Under the pieces are notes generated by a model that ran no database searches, had not been told where the DNA came from, and saw nothing but the letters and a program-made list of their open reading frames with translations. Source: an uncultured Fibrobacterota bacterium (GTDB lineage Bacteria > Fibrobacterota > Chitinivibrionia > Chitinivibrionales > FEN-1185). From it: DNA of 64,000 bases. Shown here in pieces: positions 1 through 11,152 of this stretch. Location of the stretch: NCBI GenBank assembly GCA_963753345.1, contig CAVWBU010000031.1, positions 32,001 to 96,000 of the forward strand. The letters are read 5' to 3'. Numbering within the stretch: position 1 is the first letter of the stretch; each line of letters begins with the position of its first letter. The translations under genes were made by a program, and so were the position numbers.

Positions 1-3000
1 GCCTGGTACAAGAGCGCCCTTTCGCTTCTCACCGCACCGTCCGAAAAGAAGAAGAACCCCTTTACCGCCCTTCAGTGGGAACTTCCGGTCCAGTATCCTG
101 CGTGGGCGCAGCGCATCCTCGGCAAAGACCCTCCCAAGCTGAGCATCAGCGGATTCGAGAAAATAACGGTATCGTACAACTACACCAAGACCGACATTCC
201 CGGCTCCGCGGTTCAGCTGCAGCCCAGCAACGCGGTCGTGTTCGACCAGGACAACCAGTTTTCCATCACCGGGAGCGTGGGCAGGCTCATCGGCATCAAC
301 ATCAAGGGCAGCACCAAGCAGGCCACGAGCATGGACGTGCAGAACAATCCGCTCAAGAACTTCAAGATCGAGTACAAAGGCGAGGGCGACGAACTCGATG
401 ACGAGGTGGTCCAGCAGGTGACGGCTGGTTTTATGGGCTTCGACATGCCGTCCACGGTGCTGTCGGGGTATTCCGAAAGCCATGAGGGGCTCTTCGGCGT
501 CAAGCTGGTGACAAAGATCGGACCGCTTATGCTCACCGGCATCGCCAGCACCGAGCAGGGCGAGTCGCAGAACACCACCCTGCACCCATCGGGTCAGGGC
601 GACGCCGGGACAGTGAGGAGCGAAAAGGATTTTCTCAGGAACAAAATCTTCTTTCTCGACACGGTGTACCGCAATGCGTACATCGTGCATGCGCTCGGCC
701 AGGCCGACGTTGTGCCGAAGGTGGTGACGCTCCAGGTGTGGGTGTCGAAGGACGGCACCCGGGCAGAAGCGGAGTTGTCAAATGCAAACAAACAGACCGC
801 CGAGGTGTATAAGACGATCGGCTCGTCGCTCACCTATTACAAGTACCTCAAGGAAAACCGCGACTACTTCGTTGATAGAGATAACGGGTGGGTACGGTTC
901 GACAGCGTCTCCATTGACGACAACGACGTGCTCGGCATTTATCTGATAACGTCGGACACCTCGAAGACCTCGAAGATACCGAAGAAGGGCACGGCTAACT
1001 TTCTCGACAGCACCACGTCAAGAAGTTCAACCGACTCGCTGTGGACCCTCAAGCCGAAAGACCAGGATTCGCTGCAGGTGAGCACGTTTCCGCTCATGTG
1101 GCGCAACGTGTACCTGATGCCCACCGGGTTCGACCCGCAGAAGTTCCGCCTGCGCATTTCGGAGGTCCGCGACACCTCGAAATACCAGGGCGCGAGCGGC
1201 AGGTTCTTCTCGGAGATCCTTGGGCTTGCAACCACCGCGGGTGACCCCCTTTCGTCCAACAGCCAGCTTTACGACGTCGACCACGGGCTCATCATCCTAC
1301 CCGTGCGATTCAAGACGGGCAAAAACGGGATGGGCATGGAGCCGTTTTCCAACGACACCCTCGGCGACGGCAACACGAACCGCAGCCATTTACCATTTAG
1401 CAACAACGAGCGCCGACTGGCAGAACAACACCCCGATTTTCCAGATAACCATGTCCGGTTCATCGCGGAAAACCACGTTCACGCTCGGGTTCGGCAGCGT
1501 GATGTCGGGCACCGAAGCGCTGTACATGGGCGGCAAGGGCGGCTCGCGTCTCGACCGGAACGTCGATTACACCATCGACTACCAGATGGGACAACTGGAC
1601 CTTATCTCCAAGAAGGCGCAGATGGCCGACCAGATCTACGTGGAATATCAGAGCGAGGCGCAGTTCGTTCCGCAGTCGAAGGTGTTTCTCGGCGCGCGCG
1701 GCGAAGTCCAGCTTCCCTTTGGAGAAAAGTCTTTTATGGGAGCGAGCATCCTGTGGCAGAACGCCTCCACCCGCGATCACGTGCCCAAGATCAATCAGGA
1801 ACCGTTCTCCAAGCTGCTCCTCGATTACAACACGAAGATCAACTTGGAGCCCGAATGGATGACCAAGGCGGTCAATTTGCTTCCCCTGGTCTCGACGGAC
1901 GCGAAATCGTCGGTGAACCTGGAGGTGGAGGTTGCGCAGAGCATCACCAACCCGAACACCGACGGGTCCGCGTACGTCGACGATTTCGAGGGAAGCAAGC
2001 AGACCTTTCCGCTGTCGCTTTCCCAGACCCTGTGGTTCCAGTGTTCGCCGCCGACTCCCTGGCAGTCCTCCGACTCCCTGCTGCACCACCCTCCGGCGTG
2101 GCGTTCATACTGGTATGAGCCGCTGGGCGACAGCCAGGTGAACAAGACCGACATATTTGCAAAGAATCCGGACTCGCTGCAGCAGACGCAGAGCGACAAG
2201 ATCGAGCCGACGTTCAGACTCGTTTGTCAACCTGCCCCTCCCGACGCCAATCCTTATTCCAAGAACTACCAGGATCCCTGGGCCGGCATCATGACCTACT
2301 TTCCTTCCGGGACCTCGGACCGGTCGAAGGACAAGTACCTGGAGTTCTATGCGCGGAACGACGGCGGCGGCAGGCTGTACATAGACATGGGCGACATCAG
2401 CGAGGCCGTGTCGCTCGACGGCGGCCCGCCCGACAATAGCCTCCACACCGAAGACCCCAACAACACCGGAGCTTACAACGATACGCTTGACATAGGGCTC
2501 GACGGCAGGCGCGACCAGGACGAATGGTATTGCATTCCGGATTTGGCCGCCTCCACGCCGGGGCATCCCGTATGGGACACACTCTGGGATTATGTGCGCG
2601 ATAGCGCGGCAACCAAAGCGGCTGGAAGAAACATATGGCTCAAAAAAAACAATGGCAGTGGGGACAGTGCTGAAAATCGCCTCCCGATTCCCGGCGACCC
2701 GAGCAAGGACAATTATGCGCAGTACAGTTGGACCAACACCAGCCAGCGGGGCAACTACGAGTATGCGGACGGGACCTCGGGGAACGGTGTGCTCAACACC
2801 GAAGACCTCAACAGCGACGGGTTCAGGACCTCGGAGAACTTTTTCAGAAGATTCATCGATTTCGACAGCGTCGGCAACGCGTCGTTTATGGCAAGAAACG
2901 CCGGCAACTACCGGGTGAACGATTCCGCTGCAAACGCGAGCAGAACCATCGCCGACACCACGCATCGGTGGCATATGTACAGAATTCCCCTCAACGATAC

Positions 3001-6000
3001 TGCCCAGGGCATTTTCCAGCAGGTGGGTTCGCCGGCCTGGAACCAGATCAAGTACATCAGGGTCTGGTGGGGCAATTTCAAGGGCGCAAACAGGACGAGC
3101 AGGAACGTGGTCCAGTTCGCCCGCTGGCAGTTTGTGGGAAACCAGTGGCTCGAAACGCCGATTGTCAATGCGGATTCCTCGTCGGAAACCAAACTCCAGG
3201 TTTCCACGGTGAACACCGACGATAACCTGGGCTACTACGTTCCTCCGCCGGGCGTGTACCGGCAGCCGGACGACAAGGGAAATCCCGCGCGGGAATCCTC
3301 TCTGGACCTTGCGTACAGGAATATCACGCCCGGCACGGTTGCGCTCGTGCGGCGGAGCCTTGCGTTCCAGCCGCTCAATCTTTCCAATTACAACGACATC
3401 TCGCTCATGGTCCACGGCGACACCGCGCGCGCCGGGTTCTGGTTCTTCTTCCGGTTCGGCGCCGACGACTCCACCTACTACGAGGTGCGCTCGCCGGTTG
3501 ACAAGGGGGGGCCTGGGGTGGATGGGTGGAAGGCCCTTGACGTCCGGCTCAAGGAATTGTCGGACCTGAAGCTCTTGTACCAGATCAACAACGGCGACAC
3601 GGGCGCGATCAACACGAGCGTCCAGTCGGGCAACGAGATCCTGTCGATACGGGCGCCCCGGGGGCGGTTTCCGACGTTTTCCAACGTGACCTTTATGGCG
3701 CTGGGCGTCTCCCGCGATTCGTTCGGGCTTCAGTCAAGCTGGCAGGGCGAACTGTGGGTTGACGAAATGAAAGCGAACGGCGTCAGGCCGCTCGACGGAT
3801 GGGCCGGCCGCGTATATCTCTCCACGAAATGGGCCGATTTTCTTAACCTTTCCGTGGGGCTCGACTACCAGGACGGCGATTTCCGGCGCATGACCGACGC
3901 CACCACGGGACTCGGCAACTCCACGCTGTCGGCGAATTTCAGCATCGACGGAAAGCTGAGCAAGTTCCTGCCCGACCGGTGGACCGTCTCCGTTCCCCTG
4001 GGAATGCGCATCCAGGAATCGATTGCCCGGCCGGAACTCGTGCCGAGCTCCGACATCTACCTGCTGCACAAGAACGGCTCCCCGGACGGCCTCCTCGACA
4101 TGTACAAAGACGCCGTCAACATGTTTCTCGACCGCCGCGTGCTTTCGCCCGACACCACCGCGTCGCGGCACTACCAGACCCTGTCGTCGCAGCGGGACTG
4201 GTGGACCGGGTACGACAAGAAGGGCAATTCGCCGAATCCTTTTGTCAATCTGCTGCTCGAACGGCTTGCCGTGGACTTTTCGGCCTCCCACCGGACCACC
4301 TCAACCGCCCAGGGACAGTCCACGCCGGGCGGCGAGGACAGGCTCGACCTGGACACGCTCGATACGTACCACGGCACGCTCAAGTACAATCTCACCCCGA
4401 CGCTTGAGCCCAAGTATTACAAATTCAAACCGTTCGACAAGAGCAAGATCCTGTGGCTCCCCGAGCAGATAAAGAACTACGAATTCTCCTATCTTCCCAC
4501 GACCCTCACCTTCGATCTGGCCGAGGTGACCTATTCCAAGGAAACCATGATCAAGGCCGACATTCCCGGCGAGACGAAGCTCAAGAAACTCGAACTCGAC
4601 CACCGGATGAACCTCGTGTTCGACCCCATCAACATCCTCGATTTCTCGTACAACCTGGCCATAGGCAGGAAGCTCGACAACCAGTTGACCAACGCGAATG
4701 TGAACTCCTATGCGGGCGCAGTCTCGTTTCTCGATAACTACATCGCCAAGAGGGATTCGGTGTGGAAAAAGTACATGATCCTGTACGACGAGCTTTCGCG
4801 CACCCAGGCCACGGGCATCAGGTTCGACCCGACGTTTCTGGACTGGCTGAGCGACAAGTTCGACTACTCGGCCAACTACCGCCAGAACGCCAACAGCAGG
4901 ACCGGCGACTCCACCCATTATCAGAACCTCGGCGTGGACCGGACGTTCCATTTGTCAAGCACCCTCACGCTTGCGGCACTGTTCAAGAAGCTGGCCGGCG
5001 GGTTCGCCTCGTTCAAGTCGATGGCGGCGGTGTTCAATTCGATTTCGGCGGGGATCACCAAGATAAATTTCAACAGCGTCACCTTCGACTACAGCGCCAA
5101 GTCGTCGCTGCGCAACGACAACATGGAAACGGGCCTGCTGGCGGACAGCGGCATAGGGCTGGGGAAGTTTTATCAGTACCAGGTCGGGCTGTCGGGCGCC
5201 AATGCCTGGGACATTGTCACCGGAAACATGAACGACCGCGCCATGGGCGGCATGAGGTTCCGCAACACCGCCATCGGTCTCGAGCAGAACGACCAGCGGA
5301 CGTCCGACATGAACTACTCGCTGAGCACGAACTTCAACCTTCCGGACCCCGTGGACATCCAGTTCACCGGCATAAGCCTCGGCTGGAGCCGTTCGTACAT
5401 CGTGCGGCCCGACACGTCGTCGAGGGACACCACCTTCACCTGGCCCGACTTCACCGAAAGCGCCCGGTCGGGCATCCTCAACAAAATCACTTTTGTAAAG
5501 CAGTACATGCAGAGCGTGACCCTTTCGAACAAGTACAGCTTTCAGAAGAAGGTGCATAATACCGCCGCTTCGGGGACGATCCAGAAGACCGTGTCGGTCG
5601 CCAACACGTTTTCACCGCTTGTCGGCGTGGAGGGGACCCTCAAGAAGTGGCCCGTGAGCCTCACGTATTCCTGGGACTACGGGATAAAGACCGATTCGAG
5701 CGGAAGCACGGGAACCGACAATCTCTCAAAAACCACCGACAACGGCCATAAAGCGGGCATCAAGTACGAGATCAGCAAGGCGTCCGGAACCAACCAGATC
5801 AAGTTCCTGATGTGGAAAATACCGATTGTGGGCAGGCTTGTCACCGGCGCCGAAGGCGAGTACCATACCACAACGCTCGACTCACGGTCGGGCGGAACAA
5901 GCAACTCCAGCGTCACCTCCTCCTTGACCGTCACCCCGCACGTGTCCTACGATTTTACCGACAATATCACGGGCGAGTTCCACTACAGCGGGTCGCAGAA

Positions 6001-6070
6001 AAAGGCCCCAAACCAAACAACGACATCACATATATTTGCATTGTCGGTCGAAATACGCTTCAACCCCTGA
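1..6070 (+). CDS. sprA: SprA/Sov-like large outer-membrane protein (type IX secretion translocon family), 5'-truncated by the window edge, apparent frameshift near 1380
   Basis: Frame open from base 1 to ~1380, continuing in ORF 1220..6070. SprA-like motifs DYTIDYQMG, AYVDDFEG, WAGIM, TEDLNSDG, GELWVDE; beta-strand-rich C terminus. Confidence 0.7.
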
Positions 6071-6085
6071 TCGCGCCGGAACATC

Positions 6086-7624
6086 ATGCCGAAAAAAATC
6101 CTGTTTACCGCCACGCCCACGGAAAAACGCGCCGCGCTTCTGGAAAACGACCGCGTGGTGGAGCTTGTGGTGGAACGGCCCGACAGCCTCAGGTTCGTGG
6201 GCAATATCTACCGCGGCAAAATCGTCTCGATCCTCCCCGGCATTCAGGCCGCGTTCGTGGACATCGGACTGGAAAAGGCCGCGTTCCTCCATGCTTCCGA
6301 CGTGGACCCTTCGCTGCTCCTCGAAGAGGCCGATTCGCTTGCCGAACGGTACATGGACCAGGGCAAGAGCAGCCGCAGGAAGGTTATAAGAATTCCCATA
6401 GAGAAAGTGCTCGAGGAAGGCCAGGAGATCCTCGTGCAGGTGATGAAGGAGCCCATCGGCACCAAGGGCGCGAAGGTCACCACGCAGATCAGCCTTGCCG
6501 GCCGGTTCCTCGTGCTGGTCCCCGACGCCGACTTCATCGGCGTGTCGAAAAAAACCAGCGACGACAAAAAGCGCCTCAAGCTCAAGAAACTCATCGCCGC
6601 GCTCAAGCCGCGCGGCGTGGGCTTTATCGTGCGCACCATAGGCCTGCAGGTTGCCGAACCGGAATTCGTCAAGGAGATGCAGTCGCTTATTGACAAATGG
6701 CGAAAGGCGCAGGAGGAGGCGCTTTCCGGCTCCGCGCCCAAGCTTGTCTACCGGGAAATGGGCATTACCACCCGGGTAATCCGCGACCTCTTTTCCGACG
6801 AGGTGCCGGAAGTCTACGTCGATCAGGACGACGATTTCACCGAGATCCAGTCGTACCTGCGGTCGGTTTCGCCGGACCTCTGCGGCAGGGTGGTGCATTA
6901 CAAGGACAAAACGCCGCTTTTTGACAAATACAATATCGAGAAGGACCTCGAACTGTCGCTCAAGCGCAAGGTGTGGCTCAGAAACGGCGGCTACATCCTC
7001 TTCGACCATGCCGAGGCGCTCCTGGCCATCGACGTCAACACGGGCCGCAACGTGGGCAAATCGAACCTTGAAGAGACGATATTCAAGACGAACCTCGAAG
7101 CGGCGCACGAGATCGCGCGACAGTTCCGGCTGCGCGACATCGGCGGCATCATCGTCATCGATTTCATCGACATGCAGAAGGCCGACCACCGCAGGAAGAT
7201 CGAGGACGAGATGCGGCGGCTCCTGCGGAACGATCCCTCGGCGACGGCCATCACTACGCTTTCAAAGTTCGGCCTCATGGAAATCACGCGCAAGCGCGTG
7301 AGGCCCGAGCTCCAGGAACTCTACACCGACGTGTGCGGCGTGTGCAACGGGCTGGGATGGGTCTTTTCGCCGGCCACCGTAACGGCCCGCATCGACCGGT
7401 GGCTCAACCGCGCCGATTCCCACGACACCCCGCGCGAGCTCAATCTTGCGGTGAACCCGGCCGTTGCCGCGTACCTCAGGCGCGAAAACAGCCAGATGCA
7501 AAGAAAGCTCGAGCAGGAACACAACTTCAGGCTGAGCGTCATCGAAGACGACGCCCTCGACCAGGACGACTACGATTTCTACCCCAAAGGCGGGACAAAG
7601 CCGATTACCGCCAAATATGTTTAG
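6086..7624 (+). CDS. rng: Rne/Rng family ribonuclease (RNase G-like, 512 aa)
   Basis: GNIYRGK, AAFVDIG, IDVNTG, LRDIGGIIVIDFIDM, CxxCxG motif. Confidence 0.9.
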   Translation: MPKKILFTATPTEKRAALLENDRVVELVVERPDSLRFVGNIYRGKIVSILPGIQAAFVDIGLEKAAFLHASDVDPSLLLEEADSLAERYMDQGKSSRRKVIRIPIEKVLEEGQEILVQVMKEPIGTKGAKVTTQISLAGRFLVLVPDADFIGVSKKTSDDKKRLKLKKLIAALKPRGVGFIVRTIGLQVAEPEFVKEMQSLIDKWRKAQEEALSGSAPKLVYREMGITTRVIRDLFSDEVPEVYVDQDDDFTEIQSYLRSVSPDLCGRVVHYKDKTPLFDKYNIEKDLELSLKRKVWLRNGGYILFDHAEALLAIDVNTGRNVGKSNLEETIFKTNLEAAHEIARQFRLRDIGGIIVIDFIDMQKADHRRKIEDEMRRLLRNDPSATAITTLSKFGLMEITRKRVRPELQELYTDVCGVCNGLGWVFSPATVTARIDRWLNRADSHDTPRELNLAVNPAVAAYLRRENSQMQRKLEQEHNFRLSVIEDDALDQDDYDFYPKGGTKPITAKYV

Positions 7625-7660
7625 CAATTAAATCTCCTTCTTTTCATTAGTCAAGACTTC

Positions 7661-8151
7661 TGGTGGGGGCACCGCTTCGCGTTTCCCCCTGGCCCCAAGC
7701 CTCCTCGCCCTCCGGGCTGCGGGGTCTCGGGGCACACCCCCTCCTGCGAAGGGGCGCGCGATCGCGCTCGACTTGCGCTCGCGCGGCGTCGCCCGTTCAT
7801 GCTTCGCACCCTTCGGGCGCGCTTTGCGCGTGGTCTCCGCGCCTCTGGCGCTCCGGCTCGCAACGCAACCGCAGCGGTATGCCGCTTCGCGGCGATAGTG
7901 CATTCGGGCACAATCATCTTTGTTAATTTTCGTATGTCAATAATCTGCGAACATCCGAGCAAGCGCTTGTCCATTGCGCGTGCGTTAGGCCGGACTGGAG
8001 GCCACGCTGGAGCGCGGTGCTGCCTGACCACGGCCCGCAGGGCCCTCGTGGCAGGCAGCCCGAGGCCGAAGGCCGAGACCGTAAGGAGGGCCGACCCCGG
8101 TTATGTAGGGGCGTAGCGCGCTACACTCCTCCATAACCGGGGAAACGCCCA
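7661..8151 (+). repeat. Composite intergenic element: module A' (7661-~7895, containing module E 7795-7857) + module C (~7975-8151)
   Basis: Starts TGGTGGGGGCACCGCTTCGCGTTTCCCCCT and ends GGGGAAACGCCCA. A' matches the reverse complement of 51365-51522. Confidence 0.85.
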
Positions 8152-8184
8152 TTTTATTTGTTAGCTTGTCTAGCTTATCTAGTA

Positions 8185-8214
8185 TTGACTCGATTTCAGC
8201 TTGGAATGTATATT
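8185..8214 (+). promoter_or_regulatory. Possible sigma70 promoter for rplU-rpmA
   Basis: TTGACT-N18-TATATT upstream of AGGAG and the ATG at 8240. Confidence 0.4.
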
Positions 8215-8239
8215 GAAAGGCCTTCAAAGGAGTCGATTC

Positions 8240-8551
8240 ATGTTTTCGATTGTCGAACAGGACGGTTTTCAGTTCAAGGTGTCGCAGGGGGATACCATTC
8301 TCGTGCCCAGGATGAGCGCGGAAAAGGGGAGCGAAATAGCCCTCGAGAAAGTCCTCATGATCGGCGAGGGCGGCACCGTAAAGATCGGTTCACCCACCGT
8401 GAGCGGCGCAGTTGTCAAGGCAAAGGTCGTGGACCACGTGAAGGGCGAGAAGATTTTCATCATGAAGAAGAAACGCAGAAAGAACTACAAGAAGAGGACC
8501 GGGCACCGGCAGCAGCACACCGCGCTGCAGATTCTTTCGATAACCGCCTGA
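8240..8551 (+). CDS. rplU: 50S ribosomal protein L21
   Basis: [14 protein letters not shown]...[24 protein letters not shown] before the ATG at 8240. Confidence 0.97.
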   Translation: MFSIVEQDGFQFKVSQGDTILVPRMSAEKGSEIALEKVLMIGEGGTVKIGSPTVSGAVVKAKVVDHVKGEKIFIMKKKRRKNYKKRTGHRQQHTALQILSITA

Positions 8552-8585
8552 CAAGGCGTCGCATCCGAAGAAAAAGGAACGTATC

Positions 8586-8840
8586 ATGGCACATAAAAAG
8601 GGCGGCGGCAGCAGCGTTAACGGACGGGACAGCAATCCTCAGTATCTCGGCGTCAAGAAATACGGCGGCGAAAAAGCGATCGCCGGAAACATTTTGGTCC
8701 GCCAGAAGGGCACGGTGATTCACCCGGGCCGCAACGTTGGCAAGGGCAAGGACGACACGCTGTTCGCGCTTATCGACGGCGTGGTCCAGTTCACCGTCGG
8801 CGCGAACGACCGCAAGAAAGTGCATATTCTTCCCGCTTAG
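8586..8840 (+). CDS. rpmA: 50S ribosomal protein L27
   Basis: [16 protein letters not shown]...GNILVRQKG; follows rplU. Confidence 0.98.
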   Translation: MAHKKGGGSSVNGRDSNPQYLGVKKYGGEKAIAGNILVRQKGTVIHPGRNVGKGKDDTLFALIDGVVQFTVGANDRKKVHILPA

Positions 8841-8882
8841 CACAGCTTCCAAGTAACAGCTTCCCCAAGAATTCCAATGCAC

Positions 8883-9419
8883 GGGGAAAGTTTACCCCCT
8901 CGCTCCGGCAAAGCTCAACAGTTCTCGGGAGCTTCACCCCCGAACCCCGACCTGCTTTCTTTCCGCAGCGAAAGAAAGTAGGCAAAGAACGCCGCGCCTG
9001 CAGCGCCGCCTGATCCCTCGGCCGTCGGGCCGCTCGTGAACTCGCCCGGCAAAAAGCATCCGTCAAGAAATTTGCCCCGTAAATTCAAGTCCATTTGTCA
9101 ATACCAGACCAGCCGGGCTCGGACAGCACGAGCGGCCAAGTAACCCGCCCGTCCTGTTGGGCGGGTTAGCGCCGATGGCCTCAGGGTCGGCGCTGATGGC
9201 GCAGGAAAAAAAAGGCCAGTTCTTCGAACTTGCGCAAGCCGTTATTGACAATTGGGCAATGTCCTTCTGCCCTGCGTTAGGCAGGACTGGAAAAATGGTC
9301 CCGCTTGAGGCGGGATGCCGCCCGGACCCGGCCCTGTGGGCCATAGGGCCGAGGCGGCCCGAGGCCGAAGGCCGAGACCGGAAGGACGGCCGACCCGAGC
9401 ATGGCGAGGGGAACGCCCA
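8883..9419 (+). repeat. Composite element: A head stub (8883-8909) + module D (~8910-9205) + module C (~9266-9419)
   Basis: Similar to 16128-16573 and to the reverse complement of 39738-40200; ends GGGGAACGCCCA. Confidence 0.85.
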
Positions 9420-9426
9420 AATTTAT

Positions 9427-10653
9427 TTATATATTTGTATTTCTATTTCGAAACAATAGCAGGTCTACTAGATACTGTGCCTTTTTGTAAAACGGTGTGT
9501 TGCGCCTTTTCTGGCCCGACATCCACTTGCTCCACGTGATATACGCGGTCATGGCGAAGCAGCCCGCCACGAAGAACATGATGCAGACGATTGAACGCTT
9601 GGGCCTGGTCTTTTTCTGCGGCGGCTGGGCGTACTCGAGCGCCTGGACGGCGGGCACGTCGTTCGATTCGGAGAATTTCGCCTGTTCGAACAGCTGAAGA
9701 ACGAATTCGTACAGCGATTCCTGGATCTTGACGTCCCGCAACAGGTACCCGTACTTCACCGATTTGGCCGGCGCGTCCTTGAGCGCAATGATGAGGTTCC
9801 CGCCGCCGGCAGCCATGTATTTCCCGATTTCCCTCCCGATGACTGCTTTCTGTTTCTGAAGCTCGGCGATCCGCTGGTTGCCGGAGCTGCCGTACTGGCT
9901 CTGCAGCTGGCTTATCTCAAGGTCGAGCGCCATTTTCTGCGCCTCGAACTGGGCGAGCGCCTCGACCGAGGATTTGGTCTGGTGTTCAAGGTCGATATAG
10001 TTGTTTTTGGTCTGGAATTCGGTGAGCCTCTGCGCGGCCGTGTCGAGGTCCTGCCTGATGAGGGCGAGCCGCTCCTCGAAAAAGACCCTCGAATTCCGCG
10101 CGCTCTCCTTTGCCAAGCAGTAGGTTATGGTGTCGAGTTCGAGCAGCATGAAGTTGGCGATGTCGGCGGCCATGCCCGGGCTCGAATCGGTCACCGCGAC
10201 CTCGATGTTGCCATAGTCGTTTTCAACGATTTTCGTGTTCCTGTGGAACGCCTTGAGAAGGTCTTCAATATAGTATTTCTTCATTTTGTTGAACCCGTAA
10301 TGGCGGACAAGGTCGAACCGGCGCAGCACGATCTCCGCCATGCGACGGCTTTCCAGAACGCTCAGAAAGTTGTCCGCATCGCTGCCGCCGCCAAGGTCCA
10401 TTGACTTGAGAATGCCGGAAACCGGAAGCTCCTTGGAAATCAGGGACCCGAGGCCGGGCATTTTCGGCGCAGGTTTCATGATGACGGCGGTCGCGGTGTA
10501 GTACCGGGGCATCAGAAGGCTTATCACAAGACCGGCCACGCAGAAAGCAACGACGCCGGCGACAAAGAGCCATTTCCGCTCAACCAGCACGATGAGCAGG
10601 TCGAGCAGGCCGGGACGGCCGGAATTTTCCATGGATGTGTTCTGCGTTTGCAT
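9427..10653 (-). CDS. Wzz/GumC-type polysaccharide chain-length determinant
   Basis: N- and C-terminal TM segments, central coiled coil, PPQKKTRPKR motif before the last TM. Confidence 0.8.
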   Translation of the reverse strand: MQTQNTSMENSGRPGLLDLLIVLVERKWLFVAGVVAFCVAGLVISLLMPRYYTATAVIMKPAPKMPGLGSLISKELPVSGILKSMDLGGGSDADNFLSVLESRRMAEIVLRRFDLVRHYGFNKMKKYYIEDLLKAFHRNTKIVENDYGNIEVAVTDSSPGMAADIANFMLLELDTITYCLAKESARNSRVFFEERLALIRQDLDTAAQRLTEFQTKNNYIDLEHQTKSSVEALAQFEAQKMALDLEISQLQSQYGSSGNQRIAELQKQKAVIGREIGKYMAAGGGNLIIALKDAPAKSVKYGYLLRDVKIQESLYEFVLQLFEQAKFSESNDVPAVQALEYAQPPQKKTRPKRSIVCIMFFVAGCFAMTAYITWSKWMSGQKRRNTPFYKKAQYLVDLLLFRNRNTNI

Positions 10654-10699
10654 GCTAAAAAAATATGTTATGACCGAAAGCCAATAAAAAATATATAGA

Positions 10700-11110
10700 T
10701 GGGGGAAGCCTCCCCCTCGCTTCAGCCCTCGCCTTCACTCGGTCTTCCGCTACCCCCTCCTGGGTAGCCGCCTTGACAAAGCAGATTCAAGACCATGCAT
10801 TGTTGTGGCGGCACCCACGAAGAGCGGTTGAAAAGTTGAAACGTTGAATAGTTGAACCGTTGAAAAGTGGAAAATGAAAAAAAAGAAATCCAACGGATTT
10901 ATTGCGAATGCTGGTGGCGCGAGAACAAGTAGTTGACAAAACACAATCCCTCTGCCGCGCGTTAGGTGGACCGGAGGGTGAGCGAGAGCGAATTGCCGGC
11001 CGACCCCGGCCGTAGGCCATCGGGGCGGTCCGGCAACGAGGCGAATAGCCGAGCCCGCAGGGAGACCGACCCCAGTGAGAGCCGCATGGCTCTCGCTGGG
11101 GTAACGCCCA
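10700..11110 (+). repeat. Composite element: module A (10700-~10825) + AGTTGAA-type heptamer run (~10828-10875) + module C (~10950-11110)
   Basis: TGGGGGAAGCCTCCCCCTCGC...GGCGGCACCCACG; ends GGGGTAACGCCCA. Confidence 0.9.
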
Positions 11111-11152
11111 ATATTATAAATAGTAGTACTCCATTGAGTATTTTTTATAATA

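Noticed and set aside
2105-3415. Long antisense ORFs (2105..3415, 6026..7189, 38342..39580, 44493..45692, 60871..62544)
   Set aside because: Shadow ORFs opposite well-supported high-GC genes, with no recognisable motifs
7628-8227. Short ORFs over the intergenic elements (e.g. 7628..7903, 9157..9459, 15029..15358, 57198..57809) and 5' extensions of pyrE, slt and gltA
   Set aside because: Recurrent peptides such as PPGPGPVGHRA are translations of the GC-rich repeat in varying frames and strands, with no consistent start or RBS
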